DNA of 38,603 bases from Candidatus Uhrbacteria bacterium (GTDB lineage: Bacteria; Patescibacteriota; Patescibacteriia; UBA9934), in NCBI GenBank assembly GCA_030688135.1, contig JAUYIW010000029.1:1-38603 (forward strand), in the 5' to 3' direction. Below are positions 23,388 through 32,223 of the stretch, one piece after another. The translations under genes were made by a program, and so were the position numbers. The notes below the pieces were generated by a model. The model saw only the letters and a list, made by a program, of their open reading frames with translations. It did not search any database and was not told where the DNA came from. Within the stretch, counting starts at the first letter, position 1; every line of letters starts with the position of its first letter.

Positions 23388-23912
23388 TTAAGCCTTTCCT
23401 AGTGTCTGTTCACCAGCCTGCCATTGTACTGGGCATAGGTCTCCGCTTTGAAGAGCTTCAAGTACTCTAAGCGTTTCTGTTACAGATCGGCCAACCGACC
23501 CCCAGGAAACTAGGCAATACTTAATGGCACCATCTGGATCAATAATGAATAGTCCTCGCTCTGCAGAGCCATCTTCAGCGTTAAGCACCTGATATGCTTT
23601 TGATATCTCCTGAGTTGTATCTGCAATAACCGGGTATTTAACTTCTGGTAAGTCACTTTCAAACCAGTTTTTGTGTGACCATTCAGAATCAGTAGAAACT
23701 GCAATAATTTCTGCACCGAGCTCACTAAATTTAGCCTGATGTTTGGCAAATTCTCGAATCTCAGTTGGGCACACAAAAGTGAAATCTCGTGGATAGAAGA
23801 AAAGAACTACCCATTTACCGCTGTATTCGTTAAGGCTAATCTTTTTAAAGTCATTGTTTTGATAGGCTGTAGCGCGTTCAAACGCAGGTGCCTTGGTTCC
23901 AATTTGAATCAT
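23388..23912 (-). CDS. Peroxiredoxin (AhpC/Tsa type)
   Basis: FTFVCPTEI active site, 174 aa. Confidence 0.88.
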   Translation of the reverse strand: MIQIGTKAPAFERATAYQNNDFKKISLNEYSGKWVVLFFYPRDFTFVCPTEIREFAKHQAKFSELGAEIIAVSTDSEWSHKNWFESDLPEVKYPVIADTTQEISKAYQVLNAEDGSAERGLFIIDPDGAIKYCLVSWGSVGRSVTETLRVLEALQSGDLCPVQWQAGEQTLGKA

Positions 23913-23975
23913 ATCTTTAGGGTTTATGGATTAGGTTATGAGTCTTTGGTGGTCTCTTTTGGCCACCCTTGTGAA

Positions 23976-24599
23976 TTATCTGGAGATGTTACTCCATTTT
24001 TCGTAAAGGGAGTTTACGCGCTCCCAGTCTAGATTTTTAAAGAAGTCGGCTATGTAAGCCTTGCGATCTGATCCATAGTCGATAAAATATGCGTGCTCGT
24101 AAACATCGAGTACAAGAATAGGCAAACATCCCCAAACCGCACCAGAGTCGTGTGAGTCGCAACCGTAAACTTTTAATCTACTAAGTTGAACATCCCAAGC
24201 CAGTACAACCCAGCCTCGCATTGCCATACCGCTTTCGGTGAAAAAGTTTATAAAGCTTTCAATTGATCCCCATTTTTCTACAATGGCTTGAGTTAGTAAA
24301 TTATCAGGTATAGATCCGTCTCCTCCAAGCGCCTCAAAGTAATATTCATGAAGGTAAACCCCGTTGGTGGCAAAAGTTTCACCGCTACGTAGTGATCTCA
24401 ATTCAGAGTATGTCTGATTTCCTGTCAATTTAGTTTCTCCTTTTGCAAATTTAGCTAATTCGATGCCAATTTCTTTCATTTTAGCAACATAACCGGCGTA
24501 CAGTTTATCGTGGTGAATCTCGATCGTTCTTTTTGATATTCCGGCAAGCTCATTATCGAAAGGTAATTCCTTTGCCTCATATTCGCTTAATTTTGGCAT
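23976..24599 (-). CDS. sod: Fe/Mn superoxide dismutase
   Basis: DVYEHAYFIDYGSDRKAY matches the DxWEHxxY signature variant. An N-terminal HH..KH-type region is also present. Confidence 0.88.
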   Translation of the reverse strand: MPKLSEYEAKELPFDNELAGISKRTIEIHHDKLYAGYVAKMKEIGIELAKFAKGETKLTGNQTYSELRSLRSGETFATNGVYLHEYYFEALGGDGSIPDNLLTQAIVEKWGSIESFINFFTESGMAMRGWVVLAWDVQLSRLKVYGCDSHDSGAVWGCLPILVLDVYEHAYFIDYGSDRKAYIADFFKNLDWERVNSLYEKWSNISR

Positions 24600-24668
24600 A
24601 TATTCGTTTAAATTAATGGTTTTATCAAGATTGTAGTATACTACGCAAATCAGAGACTTGCAAAAAGC

Positions 24669-25859
24669 ATGGAAATAAGCAAAAATGCATCTGTAAACAA
24701 AAAAACTATGAATACACCAAAGAAAGTTTTAGCAATCAGCGTCTTGGCCGTAGCAGCAATAATTGTGCTTTATGGCATTCGGTCAGTTAGACTTGGCAAT
24801 CTTAATTTAACCCTTCGAGGCGATGAGCTTGTCGATGGACTGCTTGTAGAACAAGAAAAAGCCGGTGGAGAAAGCTATTTAGTTCCACCTAATGAAATAT
24901 ATGACTCTGGACTTAGCGCAGAAGATATCCCAGCGATCGATGATCCAAAATTTGTGTCAGTAACGGCCGCAGATGACGTTCTAGCTGATGCTGTTTCTGG
25001 AATAGATATTGACGTTAACGGTGAGCATAGATTTTATCCATATCAAATCTTAAACTGGCATCATGTAGTAAACGATGACTTCGGTGGTCAAAAACTTGCG
25101 ATTACATATTGTCCATTTTGTCGAAGCGCGGTTGTGTATGAAAGGGTGTTGGGTGAAACTGAACTTTTGTTTGAAGCATCTGGAAAAGTTTATAATAATA
25201 ACTTCCTAATTTCAGACAGAGAAACTGGCAGTCTTTGGAGTCAAATGAGAGGAATCGGAGTTGTTGGCGAAAAAGTTGGCGAAACATTAACAACCTATCC
25301 GTCGATTGTAATGACTTGGGCAGCATGGAAGGCGCTTTATCCAAATGGGGAAGTGCTGTCAACAGACACTGGATATGCACGCGACTACACGCATCATCCT
25401 TATGTTGATTATGACATGTCAGACCTTATTTATTTCCCGCTAAATGCTACTTCAACTAATCTAACCCAAAAGTGGCTGGTAAATGGATTTAGCGATTCTG
25501 AATCTGGCGAACATATTGCATTCTCGAACAATATATTGAGTGGTTTTGGCGCTGCAAACGAAACTGTAGGAACTAAGGAAATTACTGCGTTATATGATTT
25601 TGAAACAGGTGCAATCAGAGTTTTTGACCGAAAAGTAGGCGACCAAGTGCTTTCGCTCAAATATGACTTTGAATTAGATGAAATCACTGACCTGGAAACG
25701 GGTTCGGTATGGAGCGCGTCTGGTTATGCTATATCTGGAGAATTGCAGGGAACACAGCTCGCAGAGCTTTATGCCCCAGAATCATTCTGGCTCTGTTGGT
25801 ATGCAGCGCATCCTAATACCACGGTTAGCGGACTAGCGACCGATGGAGGATTGAAATAG
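24669..25859 (+). CDS. Membrane-anchored DUF3179-like protein
   Basis: N-terminal TM helix. FYPYQILNWHHVVNDDFGGQKLAITYCPFCRSAVVYER matches my memory of the DUF3179 core. Confidence 0.6.
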   Translation: MEISKNASVNKKTMNTPKKVLAISVLAVAAIIVLYGIRSVRLGNLNLTLRGDELVDGLLVEQEKAGGESYLVPPNEIYDSGLSAEDIPAIDDPKFVSVTAADDVLADAVSGIDIDVNGEHRFYPYQILNWHHVVNDDFGGQKLAITYCPFCRSAVVYERVLGETELLFEASGKVYNNNFLISDRETGSLWSQMRGIGVVGEKVGETLTTYPSIVMTWAAWKALYPNGEVLSTDTGYARDYTHHPYVDYDMSDLIYFPLNATSTNLTQKWLVNGFSDSESGEHIAFSNNILSGFGAANETVGTKEITALYDFETGAIRVFDRKVGDQVLSLKYDFELDEITDLETGSVWSASGYAISGELQGTQLAELYAPESFWLCWYAAHPNTTVSGLATDGGLK

Positions 25860-25867
25860 TTAATATT

Positions 25868-26563
25868 TTGGAGGATATGGAAAATGGAGTACTCTACATT
25901 GTTGCCACGCCTATTGGAAATGTGGAAGATTTGTCGCCCCGAGCAAAACGAACGCTCGATGAGGTTGATCTTGTATTATGCGAAGATACGCGTGTGAGCT
26001 CGAAACTTTTTTCAAAGCTTGGAATAAATACGCCTCGCGAGTCTTTTCACCAACATACCGAGCGGGAAAAACTTAGTAGATTCGTGGATCGGCTTTTGTC
26101 AGGCGAAAACATGGCGTTAGTTTCTGACGCAGGAACTCCTACGATTTCTGATCCTGGAGGCAAATTAGTAGCGGAAGCAGCGGCATCCAACATAAAAGTA
26201 GTTCCAATCCCTGGTCCAAGTGCACTTATAACTGCACTTTCGGCAAGCGGATTTCCATCTGACGAATTTACTTTTCTTGGATTTGCGCCAAATAAAAAAG
26301 GACGGAATAAGTTTTTTGCAAATCTGGCTTTGATTGAACGAACCATAGCAATTTACGAATCAAAGCACAGAATTATAAAAACTCTCGAGGCCTTGCCACA
26401 AGATAGGCGAATTGTTGTTGCACGCGAGTTAACGAAAATGCACGAAACGATTTACCGAGGACTTCCAGCAGATGTAATCAAACAAATCGAATCAACCAGC
26501 GCAAAAGGTGAGTTTGTGATTATACTTGCGCCTATAAGCCATGAGCTAAAAGCTATAAGCTAA
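25868..26563 (+). CDS. rsmI: 16S rRNA (cytidine1402-2'-O)-methyltransferase
   Basis: LYIVATPIGNVEDLSPRAKRTLDEVDLVLCEDTR. The likely start is the ATG at 25877. Confidence 0.85.
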   Translation: MEDMENGVLYIVATPIGNVEDLSPRAKRTLDEVDLVLCEDTRVSSKLFSKLGINTPRESFHQHTEREKLSRFVDRLLSGENMALVSDAGTPTISDPGGKLVAEAAASNIKVVPIPGPSALITALSASGFPSDEFTFLGFAPNKKGRNKFFANLALIERTIAIYESKHRIIKTLEALPQDRRIVVARELTKMHETIYRGLPADVIKQIESTSAKGEFVIILAPISHELKAIS

Positions 26564-26565
26564 CT

Positions 26566-28023
26566 ATGTCACGCTTCTACATTACTACCGCAATTCCATA
26601 CGTAAACGCTTCTCCACACGTTGGACACGCTCTTGAGATGTTACAAACCGATGCAACTGCGCGTTTTTGGCGATCAAAATTAGGTGAAGCCAATGTAAGA
26701 GCTCTTACAGGAACCGATGAAAACAGCTTAAAGAACGTTAGGGCTGCCGAAGTAATAGGCGAGGATGTCTCATCTTTTGTAGAACGCCATGCTGAAGAGT
26801 ACAAGGATCTAGGTTCGCTTCTAAATCTATCGTTTGATGATTTCCTTCGCACAAGAGAAGATCGTCATATTAAAGGAGCACAAAAACTTTGGGAAGCGTG
26901 TGACCCCGATGACATTTACAAAAAGACTTATAAAGGACTGTACTGCGTAGGCTGTGAGCAATTTTATACCGAAAAGGAATGTCCAGATGGCTTTTGTCCA
27001 GAGCACAAGACTGAGCTCGAAGTAATCGAAGAAGAGAATTACTTTTTTAAACTTTCAAAATATCAAAAACAGTTAGAGGATTTAATTGAATCTGATGTTT
27101 TAAAAATCGTCCCACGTTCTCGCAAAAATGAAGTTTTAAGTTTTATTAAAGGCGGGCTTGAAGATTTTTCAATATCACGCTCGCAAGAACGCGCCCGTAA
27201 TTGGGGTGTTCCAGTTCCGGCAGATGAAGGTCAGGTTATGTATGTTTGGTTTGATGCGCTCAGTAACTACATAACAGCACTTGATTACGAGGGCGACGGA
27301 GACTTGTACAAAAACTTTTGGCTAAACGATGATTCAACAAAGGTTCATGTAATAGGGAAGGGAATTTTGCGATTTCATGCAGTTTATTGGCCAGCTATGC
27401 TTCTTTCAGCTGGCGTACCACTGCCAAATGAGATTTTTGTTCATGGCTATGTTACTGCCGAAGGCGAGAAGATGAGTAAATCAATTGGGAACGTAATAAA
27501 TCCGAAAGAATTGGTTCAAGAATATGGAGTTGATGCTGTAAGATATTTTTTCCTGCGAGAGATTCCGTCTCATGGTGATGGCGACTTTTCAAAAGATCGA
27601 ATGGAAGAGCGCTACGCAGAACTTGCAAATCAACTTGGAAATTTAGTTGGACGCATAGCAACAATGAGCAATAAATATTTTGAAGGTGAGTTAGACAGGC
27701 CTGAAATGGAATTTTCTGAAACTTATCATAAGCTTGATGCCGCAATGAGCGATTATGATTATAAAAAATACATCGACACAGTATTTGAGATTGTTGCAAA
27801 TGCAAATGAAATGACCGACAAAGAAGCGCCATTCAAACTTGTAAAAATAGATCCAGACAAAGCAAAGCGCGTTTTGTCTCAGCTAGCACAAATGATTCGC
27901 GTAATTGCTAACGCCCTGCTTCCAATCATGCCAGATGCTTCAACGGAAATTCTACGTCGCTATGAGGGCGACAAGATTTTGATTGGAGACGCACTATTCC
28001 CAAGACGGGATGGAACTAAATAA
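26566..28023 (+). CDS. metG: Methionyl-tRNA synthetase (short form)
   Basis: PYVNASPHVGH (HIGH motif), KMSKS, and the CxxC...C..H knuckle. Confidence 0.92.
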   Translation: MSRFYITTAIPYVNASPHVGHALEMLQTDATARFWRSKLGEANVRALTGTDENSLKNVRAAEVIGEDVSSFVERHAEEYKDLGSLLNLSFDDFLRTREDRHIKGAQKLWEACDPDDIYKKTYKGLYCVGCEQFYTEKECPDGFCPEHKTELEVIEEENYFFKLSKYQKQLEDLIESDVLKIVPRSRKNEVLSFIKGGLEDFSISRSQERARNWGVPVPADEGQVMYVWFDALSNYITALDYEGDGDLYKNFWLNDDSTKVHVIGKGILRFHAVYWPAMLLSAGVPLPNEIFVHGYVTAEGEKMSKSIGNVINPKELVQEYGVDAVRYFFLREIPSHGDGDFSKDRMEERYAELANQLGNLVGRIATMSNKYFEGELDRPEMEFSETYHKLDAAMSDYDYKKYIDTVFEIVANANEMTDKEAPFKLVKIDPDKAKRVLSQLAQMIRVIANALLPIMPDASTEILRRYEGDKILIGDALFPRRDGTK

Positions 28024-28148
28024 GCATTCTAATGCAAATGCAATTCTATTTGCAAATGCGAATCAGATTGCAACAACTCTTAAATGCACTGAAAATTATA
28101 ATCTTTCCCCCGTTGCAACCAATAATTAGAATTTAGTATTTACGTAAT

Positions 28149-28649
28149 ATGGATTTCTCCTACATAGACATCGGGCTACTCGCAATTGTAGTTCTTTTCC
28201 TATTGAACGGATTAAGAAATGGATTCATACGTGCGGCCGGAAATCTAATTGGTGCTGTTATTGGAGTAATAGGCTCATGGTATGTAATGGTTTGGCTACA
28301 AGATAACTACTCGATTTTTAGCCATCCAATGTGGGCTGTAATCATTTTTGTTGGACTAATAATGGCGATGAGCAAAATTGTAGGATTTATTGTAGATATG
28401 ATAGATGAAGCTTGGAAACTTATTACAATAATACCTTTCTTAAAATCAATAAATAAGCTACTTGGAGGAATACTTGGATTATTTGAGGGTATTCTAATGA
28501 TTGCGGCGATCGCTTATTTTGCTGGATATTATTTTGCTGAAACTCAAATTGGAGTAGCACTTCTTGGTTCGCCAATAATTAGCTGGCTTGGGTTTGTTAT
28601 AAAGATAGTCGCGTGGTTAACTCCTAAAGTAGCCGTGATTACTTCATAA
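28149..28649 (+). CDS. CvpA-like membrane protein
   Basis: Four TM helices. The N-terminus DIGLLAIVVLFLLNGLRNGFIR is typical of the CvpA family. Confidence 0.6.
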   Translation: MDFSYIDIGLLAIVVLFLLNGLRNGFIRAAGNLIGAVIGVIGSWYVMVWLQDNYSIFSHPMWAVIIFVGLIMAMSKIVGFIVDMIDEAWKLITIIPFLKSINKLLGGILGLFEGILMIAAIAYFAGYYFAETQIGVALLGSPIISWLGFVIKIVAWLTPKVAVITS

Positions 28650-28651
28650 TT

Positions 28652-29515
28652 ATGAAATTCAGACTTATCGATACTCATACGCATGCGCATTTTCAAGCGT
28701 ATAGCAAAGACATGGACGAAGTTGTTAATCGTGCGCTCGATGAGGGAACGGCCATGATTACGGTTGGAACACAGTCAACAACAAGCAGAAAAGGAATTGA
28801 GCTCGCAGAGCGTTATGATGGCGTTTGGGCAACAATTGGACTTCATCCAAGCCACCTACACAAGCAGGAATTTTTTGACGACAATGAACTTCCGCCTGAA
28901 AAAAGAGTGACCGGTAAAATCAAAACTCGCGCTGAATGGTTCGATGCTGATGAATACAGAAAGCTAGCAGAGCACCCTAAAGTCGTAGCAATAGGCGAGT
29001 TTGGGCTTGATTATTTTAGACTGCCTCCAAATGTTGACCGTGAGCAAATGATTGCTGATCAAAAAACTTCAGTTGAGGCTCAACTTCGATTTGCTACCGA
29101 AGTGAACAAACCAGTTATTATCCATAGCAGAGACGCTCATGAAGATCAATTTGAAATACTAAAAAAGGCGCTAGATCGTGGAGACATACCTGAACTTGGA
29201 GTTATTCATTGCTTTACCGGCAGTGCAGAAGATGCAGCGCGGTACAAAGCGATTGGATTTTTGGTTTCTATTGGTGGGATTGTTACATTCTCAAAAGGAT
29301 TACAAGCCACAGTAAAAGACATCCCGCTCGAGCAAATAATGCTCGAAACCGATGCGCCGTATTTAAGTCCCGAACCAAAACGTGGAAAACGAAACGAACC
29401 AAGCTACGTTAAATATGTGGCAGAAAAAATCGCAGAGATTAAGGGCGTTAGCTTCGAGGAGGTTGCAGAGACTACTACAAATAACGCAATGAACTTATTT
29501 AAACTCAAAGTGTAG
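28652..29515 (+). CDS. tatD: TatD-family metal-dependent hydrolase
   Basis: LIDTHTHAHF, GEFGLDY, HSRDA and ETDAPYLSP. Confidence 0.88.
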   Translation: MKFRLIDTHTHAHFQAYSKDMDEVVNRALDEGTAMITVGTQSTTSRKGIELAERYDGVWATIGLHPSHLHKQEFFDDNELPPEKRVTGKIKTRAEWFDADEYRKLAEHPKVVAIGEFGLDYFRLPPNVDREQMIADQKTSVEAQLRFATEVNKPVIIHSRDAHEDQFEILKKALDRGDIPELGVIHCFTGSAEDAARYKAIGFLVSIGGIVTFSKGLQATVKDIPLEQIMLETDAPYLSPEPKRGKRNEPSYVKYVAEKIAEIKGVSFEEVAETTTNNAMNLFKLKV

Positions 29516-29556
29516 GTAGCGTTGAATCAAAGCAAGATTGGTGATATAAAGATTCT

Positions 29557-29750
29557 GCGGTGGACCATTGGTCTAAGAAACGTTGATGCGCAAACGTTAA
29601 GACGACTGTCTCCGGTCTTTGAGCGCTCGGAGCTTGCGGCAGGATTGTGGGGTCTTGCACACGCAAAGGACAGTAGATTAAGGCAGTTTCAGCTGTCTTG
29701 GGTCCACCGCACCTTCTTACCGCCACATTCGTGAGGCGGTACTTTCTTTA
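29557..29750 (+). ncRNA. Candidate structured small RNA A (unclassified)
   Basis: Promoter: TTGAAT at 29522-29527, 17-nt spacer, TGaTATAAA at 29542-29550. An 11-bp closing helix joins 29556-29566 and 29701-29711 and encloses several hairpins. Terminator hairpin TACCGCC / GGCGGTA lies at 29718-29741. Confidence 0.5.
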
Positions 29751-29786
29751 CTTGACAATATTATAAAATAATGCTTTAATTAAGCA

Positions 29787-29960
29787 TCCATTAGTGATTC
29801 TTGCTAGTTCTAACGTACGACGTTGGTAGTAGCAGGGCAATTAAGGCGCGAGACTGGAGGGGTTTCGCTTGTTACTTGCCTGAGTGCGTAAGCTGTTCAG
29901 CGCTCGAATCACTTTGGAAACTTGCCACCCGCGTGCTCTGCGGGTGGCATTTATTTTTTT
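29787..29960 (+). ncRNA. Candidate structured small RNA B (unclassified)
   Basis: Promoter: TTGACA at 29752-29757, 17-nt spacer, TGcTTTAAT at 29772-29780. The closing helix AGTGATTC (29793-29800) / GAATCACT (29906-29913) encloses three hairpins. A strong terminator GCCACCCGC / GCGGGTGGC at 29924-29948 is followed by a T-run. Confidence 0.55.
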
Positions 29961-30034
29961 CTATTAAGTATTCTTTTCTTTAGACCTTAATACATTTCTT
30001 TGACTAAAATGTTAAAAACTGATTCAATGTAGTT

Positions 30035-30199
30035 GAAAAGGGGCGCGGGGGCTGCGAGTAAATTGTCCAAGCGCATGCACTAGTTACTCAATCAATTCGA
30101 TTGGTTTGGTGCCACAGCTAGTGAATGTATGAGGTATCAAGGCTTACCGCGTCCCACCCTTCTGCCGCTAGATCTCTTGATTTAGCGGTATTTCTTTTA
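30035..30199 (+). ncRNA. Candidate structured small RNA C (unclassified)
   Basis: Promoter: TTGACT at 30000-30005, 17-nt spacer, TGaTTCAAT at 30020-30028. GGGGCGCGG at 30040-30048 pairs with CCGCGTCCC at 30147-30155. Terminator CCGCTA / TAGCGG lies at 30165-30188 and is followed by a T-rich tract. Confidence 0.5.
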
Positions 30200-30268
30200 T
30201 AGCCGTCGTTCTTAAAGGTTAAAGTAAGCCCAACCCATACGTAACAGTAGCGCATTTTTCAAACAACC

Positions 30269-30297
30269 TTGACCAAAATCAGAGTATAGGATATACT
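30269..30297 (+). promoter_or_regulatory. Promoter TTGACC-17-TATACT, candidate atp operon promoter
   Basis: TTGACC at 30269-30274 and TATACT at 30292-30297. The leader is about 170 nt. Confidence 0.5.
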
Positions 30298-30471
30298 TTT
30301 GCCGTTCTTTAAACCTATTATTGAATACTCACTTGAGTATAGAACTCGGAAAAACGAATAGATTTATTCAAAGACGTTGGTAGGAATACTAATAGCTTAA
30401 GAATAAATGTATCGAATTTATGAGTTCTAGACCAGGTGCAGTGCTCGACGATGGGTCTATAATCCATCAAC

Positions 30472-30729
30472 ATGGAAGAAAAACCTCAAAAATCGCAGTC
30501 TGACGCCTACTATTACAAGCTTGCATTTCGCATGGCGAGTGATTTTGGAGCAACGCTTGCGATACCAGCCCTAGCGGCAGCATACATTGGGGTTAAAGTT
30601 GACGAAAAATACGGCACCGAACCTTTTGCGCTTGCCATTCTACTAGTTATGGCATTCACATTTACTGCTGTATTTATTGTAAAAAAAGCAGTTTATTACG
30701 CAAAACTTTATGAACGCGGACCTAAGTAG
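30472..30729 (+). CDS. AtpZ/AtpI-like small membrane protein
   Basis: 85 aa with two TM helices, in the first position of the atp operon. Confidence 0.55.
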   Translation: MEEKPQKSQSDAYYYKLAFRMASDFGATLAIPALAAAYIGVKVDEKYGTEPFALAILLVMAFTFTAVFIVKKAVYYAKLYERGPK

Positions 30730-31621
30730 TGGTCAATTTAAAGAAAAGGGAATATTTCAGAAAATCGGACTTTCAATGGCTGGGATTCCTTTAGCTGCTG
30801 AACCTATTTTTAATGTGGGAGGATTCACAATTACTAATTCGATGTTGAACGCTTACATTGCTGTAGCGTTTTTTATTATCATAGCGATAGTAGCACGCTC
30901 TCGTAAATCATTGGTTCCAAAGGGTATTCACAATTTTATAGAGGCTATTATTGAAATGGCTGTGGCCGAAATCGACAAAGTAACACAGGATAAGAAGAAA
31001 ACAATGCAATTTTTGCCCCTAGTTGCAACAATCTTCTTGTTTGTACTAGTATCAAATTGGATGGGACTTATCCCTGGCACTGGCTCTATTGGTATTTGGG
31101 GCTACATGCATGGCGAACTTGAATTAATACCGCTTTTTCGTCCAGCTAGCAGTGATTTAAATATGACTCTTGCTATTGCGATTGTGGCCATTGGAGCTAC
31201 TCATCTTGCAGGACTTCGACAACTTGGCATTGTCGATCATTTTAGCAAGTTCTTTAATTTCAAAGGTATTATTCTTTCTTTCAAAAAAGGTCCAATGGAA
31301 GTTATCATTGCCGTTGTTCAGTTTTTCGTTGGACTGATTGAATTCATTTCTGAATTTGCTAAAACACTTTCACTTTCACTCCGACTGTTCGGAAATGTTT
31401 TCGCCGGAGAAGTTCTGCTTACAGTAATGCTTGGACTTTTCAGCTTTGTGCTGCCAGTTCCATTTATGTTTTTGGAAATCTTGGTTGGAATAATTCAAGC
31501 AACTGTATTTGCAATGTTGACCCTCGCTTTCTTAGTTGTAGCCACCATGAGTCATGGCGATCACGAAGAAAAGCACGAGGAGCGTGTGGGGCCCACGGCC
31601 GAGGCTTCAGTTAATGCGTAA
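30710..31621 (+). CDS. atpB: F0 ATP synthase subunit a
   Basis: LSLRLFGNVFAGE contains the conserved Arg. An alternative start is at 30776. Confidence 0.9.
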   Translation: MNADLSSGQFKEKGIFQKIGLSMAGIPLAAEPIFNVGGFTITNSMLNAYIAVAFFIIIAIVARSRKSLVPKGIHNFIEAIIEMAVAEIDKVTQDKKKTMQFLPLVATIFLFVLVSNWMGLIPGTGSIGIWGYMHGELELIPLFRPASSDLNMTLAIAIVAIGATHLAGLRQLGIVDHFSKFFNFKGIILSFKKGPMEVIIAVVQFFVGLIEFISEFAKTLSLSLRLFGNVFAGEVLLTVMLGLFSFVLPVPFMFLEILVGIIQATVFAMLTLAFLVVATMSHGDHEEKHEERVGPTAEASVNA

Positions 31622-31673
31622 CTTACAACAAGGCTCGGCATCAGCTAGCCAGGTACCTACTGATGTACTGATT

Positions 31674-31698
31674 GTTACAGATATACAGATCGACAGAC
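31674..31698 (+). repeat. Degenerate heptamer arm (GT-TACAGAT-A-TACAGAT-CG-ACAGAC)
   Basis: It resembles the TACRRAC-heptamer arms at 32889, 35649 and 37431. It lies in the atpB-atpE spacer. Confidence 0.4.
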
Positions 31699-31767
31699 GT
31701 ATCAAAAACATCGCTAATCGACAATAAACCCAGTTGTCATAAATTAACAATCGTAATCTATTAATAA

Positions 31768-32001
<234 letters not shown>

Positions 32002-32005
32002 GATT

Positions 32006-32024
32006 GTCACAAAACTGGCGAGCT
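32006..32024 (+). repeat. 19-nt direct repeat GTCACAAAACTGGCGAGCT, copy 1
   Basis: Identical to 32139-32157. Confidence 0.95.
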
Positions 32025-32029
32025 TACAT

Positions 32030-32094
32030 TTCACGGGTCCCTGTCATCTTCTCGACGTACATCTAGGTACGCCTCAAAGATGACTTCCCGTTCA
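32030..32094 (+). repeat. Rod-like hairpin R1 (TTCACGGG ... CCCGTTCA)
   Basis: Nested pairings: ACGGG/CCCGT, GTCATCTT/AAGATGAC and CGTAC/GTACG. It shares the TTCACGGG/CCCGTTCA basal motif with 38363-38491. Confidence 0.7.
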
Positions 32095-32138
32095 AAGTAA
32101 TCTCATCCATTTTTGAACAATCTTACACAACATAGGTG

Positions 32139-32157
32139 GTCACAAAACTGGCGAGCT
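32139..32157 (+). repeat. 19-nt direct repeat, copy 2
   Basis: Identical to 32006-32024. Confidence 0.95.
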
Positions 32158-32223
32158 ATAAGCAGATGCTAGTGAGTTACCTCTGATGATCTATATGGTC
32201 ATCAGGAATTAACACATTAGAAT

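Noticed and set aside
28033-28059. TGCAAATGC direct repeat (28033-28041 and 28051-28059) with TGCAAAT/ATTTGCA symmetry upstream of the cvpA-like gene as an operator
   Set aside because: The repeat is short and AT-rich, and could arise by chance. I saw no regulator gene nearby. It is noted only as a weak possibility.
29505-29983. ORFs 29505-29726 (minus), 29522-29734 (plus) and 29801-29983 (plus)
   Set aside because: They overlap one another on both strands and span promoters, long-range helices and terminators of the candidate small RNAs.
29557-30199. Assigning RNAs A, B and C to SRP RNA, RNase P RNA, tmRNA, tRNA or a specific riboswitch class
   Set aside because: I could not find the diagnostic sequences: the SRP GGAA/AGCA domain IV, RNase P GGAAAGUCC, a T-arm GGUUCGA, or the SAM, TPP or ZTP core boxes. 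6S RNA cannot be judged by eye. I therefore left them unclassified rather than guess.
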